64,000 nucleotides of DNA, taken from a virus (taxonomy: Duplodnaviria; Caudoviricetes). The notes beneath the pieces were generated by a model. That model was not told the DNA's origin and searched no databases. It saw only the letters and a list, made by a program, of their open reading frames with translations. How positions within the stretch are numbered: the stretch's first letter is position 1; each line of letters opens with the position of its first letter. Location of the stretch: IMG/VR virus record IMGVR_UViG_3300033233_001970; one strand, given 5' to 3'. The translations under genes were made by a program, and so were the position numbers. Shown here in pieces: positions 21,817 through 34,267 of this stretch.

Positions 21817-22179
21817 ATGAGCAAACTCGACGATCCTAAGCTCTCGTTTTGGTGCCTCGCATGCCCGACGCGCGTGCATGTGGAGGTGGAAGCGGCAAAA
21901 GGGCACGACACGGATGACATTAGTCTCCACGAGTGTCCCGTTTGCCACGACTCGATGTGGGATCTTCGATCGCTCATCAAGAGCGGGTTCGAGAGCGGGC
22001 CGAACGACGAGAACTACAAGGTTCCGCGAGGGACATCGGGAACAGACGCCGAAGCGCACAAAAAGCTTCTCGATTTCATTGTCAACGGAGAGGCGGAAAT
22101 CGAAAAAGCGCGAGCCGAGCGACAGCTCGAAGTGGCGCAGAAGAGACTCAGCGATCTGAAGAAACGAAAAATAGGATGA
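21817..22179 (+). CDS. zinc-ribbon hypothetical protein
   Basis: CLAC..CPVC. Confidence 0.6.
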   Translation: MSKLDDPKLSFWCLACPTRVHVEVEAAKGHDTDDISLHECPVCHDSMWDLRSLIKSGFESGPNDENYKVPRGTSGTDAEAHKKLLDFIVNGEAEIEKARAERQLEVAQKRLSDLKKRKIG

Positions 22180-23310
22180 CCGAAGAATCGTCTTGCGAAA
22201 ATTGCGGTCACGAAAAAGACGATCACCCGAACCGGTTCTGCTCGAACTACGAGCCGAGAGATCCGCGCGACGGCAAGCCGTGGCCACCGGAAGAAGACTG
22301 CAAGGGGTGCCCGAACCACAAGGATGGCCCACATAAGCTCGGTTGCCTGATCCATGGCAAAAATCAGCTCGTGATTCAGGCGAAAGGAAGGCCCGTGATG
22401 AGTTACAACCCGCTCACGGACGAAAAGAAGTTGTTCACACAAGTGGAATTCGTGAAAGAAGCCAAGGCTGCGCTCGATACATGGTTGGTCGATTTCACCA
22501 ACGAGTACCAAACGCAGTCGCACACATACGATGAGTGGTCGAAAGCCTTCGATCGTTACATGTCGTGGGAATTTATGGCTACAAAAGACGATGTCGAAGA
22601 CGAGCAGGCGGCGAAGGACTTCATGAACGAGATGGCGGCTCACCTGGCGCCAGATTACCGCGACGGAAAGGTGCCGAAACTCACCGCACTCTTTCACAAC
22701 GTCCGCGCTCGAGAGCGCCAAGCCATCGAAAAGCGCCTCACCGAAACGGTGAACTACTGCATGGAAGGCGTGAAGGAAATTGTCGGACGCGCGCAACTCG
22801 AATCCGAAGACGATGAGGAAATCCTGATCGATCGAACGCGCGCCATGACGCAAGCCATCAGCGCGCGTAACATCGTTCGAAATATCATCGAAGAGCGTAA
22901 TGGTTCGCTCGATGGGTTTACACCGGTCAAATGGATTCCCGGTGTCGGATTCGTTTACGATGAGAAGGCGGAGCCGTGAACACCGAAAAATTCCGAGATC
23001 CTGCTGCCGCAGACACGAACACCGAATCGTTGCCAAATCTAGGCGAACGGGCGGCCGAGCTCGCTCAACGGATCAGTGACGGTCGTTTGCCGTTGGATCA
23101 AATCCGAGATTACGTGCACGGTATGCTCCTGGCGGCGTATATGGATGGCCAGATTTTCGACGCCGCATTGAGGCGAGCAGCCGCCGCCAACGACATCGCA
23201 TCGTGGGTCGAGGAACGCGGTCTCAACCCGGACAGCATCGCCGACGTCCGCTACGACATCGATTTCTTCAAAAGGGAGTACCTTGCCAGAGAAATTCGGA
23301 GACGTTGGCC

Positions 23311-23814
23311 GTGAAACTGAATGGCAGCCTGGACAGCCTAAACAAGCTGTATGTCTTCGCCAGAGATCTTGGTCTTCAGGTTGCCTTCGGCTCGGAGAAT
23401 TCTAGGACAACCAGAATTAGCAGGCGCTACGTCAGGCACGAGATTCAGATCGAACTTCGGCCGAAAGATCTGTTTCACATGTCCGGATCAGATCTCCAGG
23501 ACAGTATCGGAAGGAATTTGGCTCACGAGCTCGGTCACTACATCGTCGCTCCTAAAGGCAGACGACACCGGAAGGACTACGGCATTCCGGGAACGAGTAC
23601 GAAGAGGTGGGCGATAGATGAGGGAAAAGCGATCCTCATCGAGAATTACCTGCTCAAGCGATTTGGGTTCGGTTGCCGAATGAGGCTCCTGAAATATCCT
23701 GTTCGATCCAACAGGCATCGATCTGTTCGAGAACATCATCGAGAAATCGAGAAATGGTGGCGAGAAGATGGCGAGCGCAAAATCAAATCAGTGCTGATGA
23801 ATGGACTAGAATGA
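23311..23814 (+). CDS. HExxH metalloprotein (IrrE/ImmA- or EpmC-like)
   Basis: NLAHELGHYIVAPKGRRHRKDYG..DEGKA. Confidence 0.6.
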   Translation: MKLNGSLDSLNKLYVFARDLGLQVAFGSENSRTTRISRRYVRHEIQIELRPKDLFHMSGSDLQDSIGRNLAHELGHYIVAPKGRRHRKDYGIPGTSTKRWAIDEGKAILIENYLLKRFGFGCRMRLLKYPVRSNRHRSVREHHREIEKWWREDGERKIKSVLMNGLE

Positions 23815-24529
23815 AAACATCTCTTCGCCAAAAAATCTCGAAGGCGCTCAAGTCCTCCTCCGTACAAAACTTGACGGGCGTAAAAAGCGCGCACGGTTTT
23901 GCCCGTGATCTCGATGCCAGGCTCCGCGCGGGCGATTTCGAACGCAACGTCACGTTCGTGCACCGAGACGGCAGCATTTGCTCTTTCGAGAATGCCTTCG
24001 CGTTTCGGTGGAAGCAATACACGATGATCTTCACTGAGCATCATCGATTCCATGTTCACCCGACCGAGGATCTTCTTTATGTGCGAGTGAATGGACCTCG
24101 CGAGCCGATCGAAAAATTGTGATGCAGACAAAGATCGATCATCCGCATCCGCATTCGCTTTCGGATCGGTGCTCGACGTATGTGGAACACGTCGATCGTG
24201 AATACGAAGATGTGTACGACGTCCCATGCAATCACCTGCGAGGCGATCACGACCGGAACGGTCGTTACTGCGAATGTCGGAAATACAAATGCGCGATGTG
24301 TAAGGCGGATAGGTGACAGCCTACGTCGTTCTATTGGATGCGAACTGGCGAAACAAAGAGGAACTGCGCATCACGCTCGACGGAGATCAATTCACACAAT
24401 TCGAACGCGAGGCGATTCGGCAATGGCAAGAAAAACATGCGACACGCGAACAGCCACGCATGTTCGGGATGTTCTTCGATTACACATGATCCGGCAAACC
24501 GCACGCCGGCATAGCTCTAGGAGATTGTG

Positions 24530-25171
24530 ATGCCGAACTGGTGCACCTGTAAGCTCACGATTCTTGGCCCCGCCGCCGACGTCGCCGCGCTCGTCGAGAA
24601 GGCGCGTGGCGGAACACAGCACTACGCCATGTCGAGATTCGATCTGGTAGACGTGAAGCGTGAGCGTGAGCGCTGCGAGGCCAAAGGCAAGCCGTACGTT
24701 CCATACCACGAGAAGGTGATCGATTTTTCGTTCCATCGGCTCGTTCCCATTCCCGACAAGATCATGAAGCAGGAATACGATCCTGCCGGCTACGACGCCG
24801 AGGCAAAACTATGGGGCGTCAAATGGGGTGCAAGCGAAACGAAGCTCGTTTGGCACAAGGGCGAGCGAGCCGACTACATGTTCAACACGCCGTGGGCCCC
24901 ACCGGGAACATTCTTGGAGACGCTCTCCAAGAAGATGCCGCGCTTGACGTTTGCGCTGTCGTTCGGTGAGGAGTACCCGACGCGCGGACGATTGCTCGTC
25001 AGGAAAGGCAAATTTGTCGAGAAAATCGTACAGCGACCGGAAGGAAAAAACGACTACCACAAAGATCCGAAGTACAAGCTCATCGAGAAGAACGAAGACA
25101 AGGCGTACGCGTTCTCCGAGAAGTGGCGGAACAAATTTCTCGAAGAGCACGAGGCGTGGGTAAGGCGCTGA
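24530..25171 (+). CDS. DUF1281/YubB-like ferredoxin-fold protein
   Basis: MPNWC..L.ILG, WGVKWGA, FNTPWAPP. Confidence 0.75.
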   Translation: MPNWCTCKLTILGPAADVAALVEKARGGTQHYAMSRFDLVDVKRERERCEAKGKPYVPYHEKVIDFSFHRLVPIPDKIMKQEYDPAGYDAEAKLWGVKWGASETKLVWHKGERADYMFNTPWAPPGTFLETLSKKMPRLTFALSFGEEYPTRGRLLVRKGKFVEKIVQRPEGKNDYHKDPKYKLIEKNEDKAYAFSEKWRNKFLEEHEAWVRR

Positions 25172-25721
25172 AGACATGATCAAGCGAACCACCGATTTTG
25201 GACGTGATCTCAAGAAATGGCTTTGGGACTACGTGAAGTTCGCGAACAAGTACGGTACCCACGACTTCGATGAAGAAAGCTACGACCACGACGAGATCAT
25301 GCAATCGCTGAAGACCATCACGTCGACCGTGAAAAGACTCGAGTCCGCGAAGAAGAGGATGGAGAAGCGGAGATCCAAATGAAAAAAGAAATCGTAGGAA
25401 AACGCGAAGTGAACATCTTGATCGAGTTCCTGCACCTGGGAACCGGAAAGATCGTCCGCGATGAGCCGTTCCCGCCTCCGAACGAAGCGCGCCGATTTGC
25501 GCGTCACGCTGACAAAGTTCGGCGCAGGCTGAAGAAGACCAGGAACCCGCATCGCGGACGAAAGTGAGCCGCCACCCGCGAGCGCTCGAGTTTCTTCTCG
25601 TCGCAGCGAGAACAAATCCGACGCGAGAAACTATGGCCCTTGTCGCGCAGTTGGTGGGATGTCCTCCGTGCCCGACGTGCGACTACGCGCTCCCGAATTG
25701 CCGATGTCGCGAGAAAGAAAA

Positions 25722-26096
25722 ATGAAACGATTTCTCCTGTTGTTTTTGTTCGTCGCTGGCTGCGCCGGTACGAGCCGCAGTTGCTCATCATGCAACGCGG
25801 AGAGCTTCGGCGCGAACTGGGTTGTCGTGCAGTACCGGTTCGACGGTATCCCGATCAACTGCTGGAAGATTTCCGATAGCTCTATCACGAACGAACCGCA
25901 TTCCGATGGGATCTATTGGGAAGATCACGGTCAGCTCGTTCATATTTCAGGCTGGTACAACCGTGTGCAGGTCATGGGCAATGATTACGAGCGCGCCGCG
26001 AAATCGATTGGCGTCGAGATTTCTAGATGCTCAAACGGCGCGTATGCAGCGCCGACACCGGCTCCATCGGCTTCATCCTCCGGAGGAGCGAAATGA
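25722..26096 (+). CDS. lipoprotein
   Basis: MKRFLLLFLFVAGC lipobox. Confidence 0.75.
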   Translation: MKRFLLLFLFVAGCAGTSRSCSSCNAESFGANWVVVQYRFDGIPINCWKISDSSITNEPHSDGIYWEDHGQLVHISGWYNRVQVMGNDYERAAKSIGVEISRCSNGAYAAPTPAPSASSSGGAK

Positions 26097-26334
26097 ATCA
26101 GACGAAACCCGAAACGTGTGAGTGGTGCCACGTCTCCGAATACCTCGCATTGTCCGAAGGTCCGGGTCGTGTAGTAGGCGCCGTCGCGCGCAGCATCATG
26201 GGTGTCTACGTGCCGCTCCCGGACGACTTCAAATTCTGGTGGTGCACCAAATGCAATCATCGGTGCATGACCGACGAGCTCAAAGAAGCTTTTCTTGCGG
26301 TGGAGAAAGCTTCGTTCGTGGAAAGGAAAGGCGC

Positions 26335-26757
26335 ATGAACAACGACTACAGAGAAAACGCGGCCCCGCCTGTCGACGAGACCGAGATCGCGAAAGAGAAG
26401 CTGCGTCAAGCGGGCGAAACCAAGCGCAAGCTTATCGAGGAACGCGAGGAGACAAAGCGACACTCGATGACCGATAACGGCAATTACGCGCACAATTTCA
26501 CGCGCCTCTTCGCCACGATCGTCATGCTCGCTGCAATCGGCGGCGGAACGTGCGTCGGCGTACAGGCATTCGAAGTGAAAAAGATTCAAGTGACCCCGGT
26601 CCCTGACGGCCTATGTCGCGACGAGCTGCTCGCGTTCGGCGCGACGGGCATCGCGATGCGCTGCAATCACCCTGCGCAAGTCGCTGAGCCTCGTGGAGAC
26701 AACCGTCTCTTCTGCAAATGCTCTACGGCACCAATGCCGAGCGCGTCGGCGCCATGA
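26335..26757 (+). CDS. single-TM Cys-containing membrane protein (paralogue A)
   Basis: ETKRKLIEEREETKR, TM, C.DE..C.HP..C.C. Confidence 0.7.
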   Translation: MNNDYRENAAPPVDETEIAKEKLRQAGETKRKLIEEREETKRHSMTDNGNYAHNFTRLFATIVMLAAIGGGTCVGVQAFEVKKIQVTPVPDGLCRDELLAFGATGIAMRCNHPAQVAEPRGDNRLFCKCSTAPMPSASAP

Positions 26758-27019
26758 CGAAAGCTGTACGCGAAAAGCTCCGCGCAGAGATGGAAGTTGC
26801 TGTTGCGCGAACCGATCGCATCGAGTGGTTCGATTGGTTTGTAAGCCCCGCAGCTATGCTAGCGGGGCCGTGTCTGATCGGGTTACCGACATTCGTTCGC
26901 GTGACGCCGCTTGCAATACTTCTCGTATGGTTCGGTATCCGTATCTGGGTTCGCCGTGCTGAGCATGCAGCTACGTCGGCATGGTGGGATGAAATTCTGG
27001 ACACCGCAGGAGTCAAACC

Positions 27020-27784
27020 ATGATCGAACAAGACCCGGAAATCGTACCCGCCTACGCCGTGAGCGAGATGCAGAAGTGGGGCTGCCCATCCTGTGGATTT
27101 CGATCTGGCACGACGCCTATGAGCCAAGGTGGAGCCGCTCACTGGCGTTGCGGAGACGCCGACTGTGGCAAAGGTTGTGTCATCCTCAACGACGATCTCG
27201 AACGTATCCCGGACTCGTGGCTCTCGGTTCAAGGCGTACGGACCAAGCACCCGCGCGAGGGCACTCCGGCGCGAGGACGGCCCGATAAGCGTCCCGAGGA
27301 AGGCGGAGACTACTTTCGTCCGCGCCAGATCGGGAAAGACATGGTTCCGTCATGCTTCGTCTGTGGTGCTGATCGGAAAGATACGTATTCGCACAACGTC
27401 GCGGCGTTCGTGCAATGCAAAGAAGCCGGAGAACGGCTTGTCGAGCTTTTCAAAGGTCGAGCGAGACTCGATTACCGCGACTTCGAACCTGATCGCATTC
27501 AATTGAAAATCGGTACCTGCCAGGATCACCTTCCAGAGCTCGAGGAGCTCCAACGCCGTACGTACGTTCTTGGACGCCTCGACGCGAAACATTTGGCGGA
27601 AGTGATCCGTGGAGAGAAGTGCAAAATTCGATACCGCGTGAGTCGTCGCCCGTCCGGTGAGTACGAACAGGCGTTCGAAGAGATTTTCACGACGACCGAC
27701 GACGACGAGATGAACAAATTCATGAAGGACTGGAGCTACGACAAGTTCCAACCGAAAATCGATTCCGCGCTGGTGGAGCCATGA
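27020..27784 (+). CDS. zinc-ribbon hypothetical protein
   Basis: CPSC, CGDADC, CFVC. Confidence 0.7.
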   Translation: MIEQDPEIVPAYAVSEMQKWGCPSCGFRSGTTPMSQGGAAHWRCGDADCGKGCVILNDDLERIPDSWLSVQGVRTKHPREGTPARGRPDKRPEEGGDYFRPRQIGKDMVPSCFVCGADRKDTYSHNVAAFVQCKEAGERLVELFKGRARLDYRDFEPDRIQLKIGTCQDHLPELEELQRRTYVLGRLDAKHLAEVIRGEKCKIRYRVSRRPSGEYEQAFEEIFTTTDDDEMNKFMKDWSYDKFQPKIDSALVEP

Positions 27785-28185
27785 AAAAGACCGAGAACCT
27801 GAAGATGAAGCTCGTGATCAAGCGGAAGACTTGGTTGCGTGGCGCGACCGGCGGTTCTGGCTCTAGTTGTCTTCTCGATGACAAAGGACGAATGTGTTGT
27901 CTCGGTTTTTTCGGTCGAGCTCGCGGGCTAAGGCCGAAAGAAATCAGGAATGTCGGAACACCTTCCGGAGTCTGCGAATACGACGACAAAGCCGTAGTTA
28001 AAATTTTCGGACCACTCGTCGTGTTGCAAGAGTACAAAGAAAGCGAAGGTTACGTCGAAGACAGCGATCTTGCCGATCATCTCATGACCGCGAACGACGA
28101 CGAAGATATCAGCGACAAAAGTCGCGAAACGAAGATCAAGAAACTGTTCGCCAAGATTGGCGTGAAAGTGACGTTCGTCGAATGA
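27781..28185 (+). CDS. conserved phage hypothetical protein
   Basis: WLRG..SCLL..GRMCCLG..AND pattern. Confidence 0.7.
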   Translation: MKKTENLKMKLVIKRKTWLRGATGGSGSSCLLDDKGRMCCLGFFGRARGLRPKEIRNVGTPSGVCEYDDKAVVKIFGPLVVLQEYKESEGYVEDSDLADHLMTANDDEDISDKSRETKIKKLFAKIGVKVTFVE

Positions 28186-29268
28186 GCGCGTGCCTTCACC
28201 CTCGCCCGAGCGTTTGTCCGGATTGCGGCGTCCCGACCGTGAGCCTCGGCATCTCGCGCGAATCGCTCGTGTACTTGCTTACCCTTGCGGGCCAGTCCCT
28301 CGTCGGCGATCCGGTCGTGCGAAGAGAGGCTGTTGCGGAGGGATGGGATGCCGTGAAACGGATCGACGCTGCGAAAGAAGGAAGTTCGGAGATATTGACA
28401 TGAACGCTCCCTACCGAACGCCTGCGGAGCTAGCGTGCTCGTGCGCTGATTTGGTACCGAATCCGTGCTGGTCATGCAGTCCGTGGATTGGGCACAAGGG
28501 GCCATGCCCGACACCAGAAAATCACCGTTGTGTTCGACATGGCACGAGCGCGTGCAACAATTGCGGACGGATCGTCGATCACGGGAACGTCTCGTCAGAT
28601 GGCGTGTGCGAACACACCGACGCGGATATCTACGCGCGATCGAAGCGTTCGCTTGTTGTTCTCATTGTTGGTATTTGTAGTATTGCGCTCGCCACGCTCG
28701 CGCTGGTGACTGTGTGGCGATGACCAGTTTCCGAAACCCGGAGTGTGCGATGAGCTTCTATCGCGAAGCCATGCCCGACTACGTGGCGCGATGGCCGATG
28801 CAGTACGCGCACCGAGAGCGCAAGAAGGAGAAGGGGCTTTGTATCAACTGTTCGGAGCCGGTGGCCGGCGGGACGAGACGCTGCGCGAAGCATCGCGCGA
28901 TGCACAACAAGGCCGCACGCGCACGGAATGCGAAGCGATGAACACCAGTTCGTGTGTAGTGGTGTCGTTTCGCACGCGAAGTGAACGCCAGTGAAAGAGC
29001 GTCGCTACGCCGAGGGGCTCTGCCAGCAATGCGGCTCGCCCGACATCTCGCCACGGTCGGCCACCGGAGTGCGCTGCACGCCGTGCCTTGACCGCTCGAT
29101 CGAGTTGAAGAAGGCGCGCCGTCAGCGTCTCGGGAAGATCGCCTATAGCTCGGCGCGCGAGAGGGCGTGGCGTGACGCCGGTCTCTGCATCAAGTGCGGC
29201 GCGCCGCCCTGCCAAGAGTCGACGGTGTACTGCGCCGCGCACCGAGAGATGGCGAACCGCGCCCATCA

Positions 29269-29519
29269 TTCGGAAACTTCGTGGCCGACATGGGGGGTGT
29301 TGCCGACGCTCGAACACGAGATCGACCGCATCGATCCGAACGGCGACTACACGCCAGTCGAGCAACAAGCGCACGAATCGTTACCTGACGATCGAAGGGG
29401 AGAAGCTCACGATCGCGCAGTGGGCTCGCCGCGTCGGCATCTCCAGCACTACGATTCACGGACGACTGAAGAAGGGCGACTCGCCCGAGCGAGCGATCAG
29501 GAGGGCAGGAGCGAAGTGA
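29269..29519 (+). pseudogene. HNH endonuclease remnant
   Basis: FGNFVADMG / HEIDRIDPNGDYTP / NKRTNRYLTIEGEKLTIAQWA spread over three frames. Confidence 0.75.
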
Positions 29520-30404
29520 ATACCAGTTCAAACAGCCGGAAAGCGAGGACCAGATGACCAAGCAGTGGCACGTGGTGACGCGGCAGTTCCAATACCAGAA
29601 TGGCGACGGCGTGATTCGCGAGCACCAGGACTTTCTCGTCGGCGTCCGCTATCCGGTCGGCGAGAACGGGCGATGCCTGCCGAACCCCCAGCCGGCTACG
29701 TGGGTGCCGAACGTCGAGGACGCTTCGATGTGGGATGACGCTGAGAGTGCGGCCATCGTTGCCCGGTGCACGCGCGACACCATGGCGCGGGCGGTACTGC
29801 ATCCGGTGCAGTGGTGAGCAATTCGCCAAGCTCTTCAATTTGGAGTGCGGCATGAGCCACGATCGGCCGCGCGAGGATCACGGCATCCGTCTTCACGGCT
29901 TCCGCGTGTGGGCGCCCGACGATGGCGACCGCCCGGAGACAGGCCCCAACATTCGCGCCTACTGCGCATCGGCCGCTGCAAAGGATTGGGTCGAGCGCAA
30001 CTGGTCGGACCTCGACAACTGCGAGTCGATCGACGTGCGTGTCGAGGACGAGGTTGGCAAGATCCACGACTTCACGGTCGACGCCGAGCAGACCGTTTCA
30101 TTCAGCGCGTTCCCCATGAGGATGAGCGATGCCGCATCCAAGTAACCAGAACCGGAAAAAGAAGACGACGGACATCGTGTTCCGGTTCGCGAACGCCAGG
30201 CTCGCGAACCACTTCCTGGCGTACATGAGCGATGGCGGTGGGGAGTACCGCTTTCTCGACGGGCCGGACGTCAAAGACGTGCGCTTTGAGTACCACACCG
30301 CGAACGATGGCAAGTTCGGCCCCATCGTCGATGTGACCGGGGAGGTCGTAGATGACGACCACACCAGTGAACCGTGTCCAACAACTTCAAAAAATGAAAA
30401 AACG

Positions 30405-30656
30405 ATGAAAACCAAAGGTCTCCACACGTATCGACTCAAGGACAATCCCGAAGAGGAGCGTTTTGCGAAAGCCTGGGACGAGCATAACAGGCACGGAACC
30501 GTGCTTGCGCACCTGCTCGACACAAGATCCGTTCAAACCGGACGGCCCGTGGATCCAACCGACAGGGACGAGGCCGTGGCCGCGACCGTCGTCCAGTGGC
30601 TCGGTTCGCCGGTGGGCCAGGGCTTCTTGTCCGATCTTGGCTACACGCGAAAATGA
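30405..30656 (+). CDS. conserved phage hypothetical protein
   Basis: NPEEERFAKAW..AATVVQWLGSPVGQGFL. Confidence 0.65.
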   Translation: MKTKGLHTYRLKDNPEEERFAKAWDEHNRHGTVLAHLLDTRSVQTGRPVDPTDRDEAVAATVVQWLGSPVGQGFLSDLGYTRK

Positions 30657-31400
30657 ACAAAGACGTCGAAACCATCGTTCATCACGTGAGGGAGCTCGCT
30701 GAGCGCGAGCGCCTTTTGGGCCGCACGGGTCGTGCCTACGATCAACTTGCTTCTTTGGTCGAAGCGGCGGGCGATCTCGAGCGCGAGCTCGCCGCACATC
30801 GTTCTTTGCTTCGTCTTTCGGTAATCGAACGGGACGAAGCGCGCGCTGAGCGTGACAAAGCGCGCGCTGGACTCACCGTAGCGGAGCATCTTCTCAAGAA
30901 GATCGAGACTCATCTCCGCGACGAGCTCGATCGTGGTTACGTCTTGTCGTACGAACCTCTCGCCGGCCAAACGTGGCGCCATCGCACGAACGAGGCGCTC
31001 GGTTGGGCTGAATCTGCGCGAGCCGCGACGCAAGTCGCGATTGAGAAAAATGAAGAAGGCGCGTGATGAAAATTCACTCCACACCTGCCGAAAACATCGC
31101 CTACCTCACGGAATGCATCCTCGCCACACGCGAGTATTTGCTCGGACTCAAGCGCCCGTCGCAGCACGAGATCCATCGTCACGAAAACATCGCCGCGTTT
31201 GGATTCTGCTCCCTGGCCAACGCGTGCGAATACGATCGTGAATTGATACGCCACTCGGCCGAAAATTTTCCACGGATATTGGAGGCCATCAAGCAGTTGA
31301 ACAAATTCATGGCTTCGGGCGATCTTTCTGCCGGACCGGTGACGCCGTGGTGGTCGGATACCGTTGTCGTGTCGAGGATATTGGGCTGGAAAGATCCGTG

Positions 31401-32333
31401 ATGGAAAAAGAAAATCCGTTCTACTCCACCACCATCACGCTTCCGATTTGTCCCACGGACGATCCGGAAATCACGTGTGTCATGTGTGGTCAGCTAAAGT
31501 GCGATCTCGAGATTTATGCCGCAGGCAACGGCCGTAAGGTATGGAGCGGGTTGCATACGAGGTGCTGGCCACGCAACGCGAAGACGACGAACGAAGCTTC
31601 TGCGGCACGGCTTGCGAGGGCCGATGGGATTGCGCAGCGTACTGCTACCGACGTCGAAACGCGCGTATGGATAGAGTGGGCGGAGGACGCCATCGCTTGC
31701 CTCATTGCTGACGTTCGTGACGCCGAACGCGAGCTCGAGCGCGAACGAGATTGGTCGGAACAAGCTGTAGAAGCGTACAAACAGGAAGCAGCGAAAAACG
31801 CAAAACCAGATGACGGCGAAGCGAAAGACGCCGCGCCGCGATCGGTACCGATGATCCTCACGTGTCCGGCGTGCGGTGTGCGCCACGTCGATGAGGGCGA
31901 GTTCGCGACGAAAACGCACCACACGCACGCTTGTCAGAAATGCGGAATGGTTTGGCGTCCAGCGATCGGTCCGACATGCGGCGTGCAGTTCCTTCCGGGC
32001 TTCAAGAATGAGGCATCGAAAAACATGAGCGTTGACATTGAGAACATTCCCAGACCGGACGGCGTAACGCTGACGCGCGAAGAATACGAACGGTTCCTCA
32101 AGAATCACGCGCAGTCACGACCTATCGGAGTCTACGGCGAAGCAAAAGAGGTGATGGGGCATCTTCTCGCGGCCGAAGCCGAGTATTTGAGAAATCGCGG
32201 CTGGATTCCGGTCGTCATGCGTGAGCAACCTGGCAAGGTCTGGTGGCAGGAGCCTGGCAAGAGCAAATTCGGGCATCGTCAGGCGATTTTGTTGCAGAAG
32301 GCGCGCGACAATTTCGATGAGGGACTCACATGA
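31401..32333 (+). CDS. mosaic zinc-binding protein
   Basis: CVMC; CPACGVRHVD..HHTHACQKC. Confidence 0.6.
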   Translation: MEKENPFYSTTITLPICPTDDPEITCVMCGQLKCDLEIYAAGNGRKVWSGLHTRCWPRNAKTTNEASAARLARADGIAQRTATDVETRVWIEWAEDAIACLIADVRDAERELERERDWSEQAVEAYKQEAAKNAKPDDGEAKDAAPRSVPMILTCPACGVRHVDEGEFATKTHHTHACQKCGMVWRPAIGPTCGVQFLPGFKNEASKNMSVDIENIPRPDGVTLTREEYERFLKNHAQSRPIGVYGEAKEVMGHLLAAEAEYLRNRGWIPVVMREQPGKVWWQEPGKSKFGHRQAILLQKARDNFDEGLT

Positions 32334-34267
32334 GCCGAAGGGTTGATACCACGCTGGACGATGTCCTGAGCATGGTCGCGTGCGCTGAAGACTACGGTCA
32401 CGGCGGTCAGATCGCGATGCACTTCTTCTGGACGCTCGTCGGCGAGAAAGTAAGTGACAAAGAGATCGCGGCATTTCTCAAAGATCAATATCTCTCGGAC
32501 AAGGCGCGCGAAAGAGGCTATGGCAAGGAAGACGCGGATAACGCTCGACGAGCGATTCAGGAATGGCGCGTCAAGTACGAAGGCGAAGAACGATGAGAAA
32601 ATCGACTGTCGGGCCGGAGCGCGCGTGGCTCACCTTCGACGAGCAAGGATCGTTCGTCATGACAAACGCTACGGCGAAGGTGCCGCTGGTAGCTCGCGCG
32701 TTCAGCCTAAGAAAGAAGGTGGGTGATGTTGGTATGGGAAATTGCATTCTCGCCGATGATTTTTTTGTTTGGCATATGGTGCGGCCATCGCTGGACGATC
32801 CGCCGGATCGATCATCGTTGGTACTGCGGGCGCGAGCACCGTGCTTGCGAAGAGTGCGAACCACGGCGCGCTTCTGGAAAGGCGGAATGATGGTCGACTA
32901 CAAGGGACGGAAGTCGCGCAAAAAAACGCACAAACGCTACGATGATCGCGAGAATTGTCCTGACCTGCGCGCGTTGGCGCTTTGCTGCCATCTTCGCGGC
33001 GACGTCGAAGACGCCTACCTCACGAGCAAGCCCGAAGAGGTCACATGCGGACGATGCCTTCGAATCATGGATCCACCGCTGTCTCGTGCGAAGGGGCCAC
33101 CGAGCCGACCGTTTTCGAGGCGCATCTCCGATCGCATCGGCGATGATTACACCGGCAGCAAGCGCGCGTGAGGTGACGGACGATGAGCAAACCAAAGATA
33201 TCGAAGTGCGCAATGTGCGCAACGTGCGGAGGATACGGGAAAGTCGGAACGCTCTGCGGGCGCCCAGTAGATCAAACGTGCACCGGCGGCATCTCGTGCC
33301 AGCTCACGGCACCATGCCCCGCGTGTAGCGTCTCAGTCGACACCGACACGAAGCGGCCATCCCGAGCGGCGACCGGAGAGAAAACATGAGCGATCCGACC
33401 GTCTCGGAAGTGGTGCGAAGGTGGCGCGCCCAAGATCGCTACATCGAATTGTCGCCATCCGATCTCGACGGACTGATCGAGATGGTCGAAGCCGAGGCGG
33501 AGGTACGCCGGTCGCTTCAGGCGCAAGTGCGAGCGCAGAACGTGGAGCTCGAACGCATCCGCACGGAGCGGCAGGAAATCATCAGCCAACGACAACAGGC
33601 GAGGGGCGAGCGCGACGAAGTGCGCGCCATGCTGCTCATTCTTGCGGACGCTTCCGAGAACTACGCCTTGTCCGAACCAGATATGCCGAGTCACGACGCG
33701 ACGGAAGATGCTTTCGACGTCGCACTTTTCAGCGCGCGGCACATCTACAAAGAGACCGAGCACCGGTCTGCCGGTCTGGAAACGGGGGAGTGATGTTCCA
33801 CAACCAAACGCGCGAACCGATTTACGATTCATACCGCTACGTGATCCCGGTCGGCGGGTCACGAGCTCGCGTTGGTGAATGCACCTGCGAGGTGCCGTGC
33901 AAGGCGTACCGTTGCAAAGGCTGCAACACGTCGCGGCCGTGGTGCTGCGGCGGAGCGCCCGATGTGCGGTGTAACTACTGCGTGACGGGAGTTGCGCCGC
34001 CGAGACCACGGCAACGGTTTACTAGACTGGCGGACCCGGAAGAATCGCGATGAGCCGCACGCGAAAAGAAGGCAAGCGCAATATGCACGGTCCGGGAAGA
34101 GGACACGGCGGGCGCGAAGAGGCCGGAGTCGGGGTCATGGCGATCAAAGATTGGGGTGCGTCTGAAAAAACCGCGCGAAAGAACCGTCGGAAGCTTGTAC
34201 GTATCGGCAACAAGCGGCGTCGCGTCCTCGGCAAGAAAGCCGTTCGTCAGCAGGATTGGAGGAGCAA

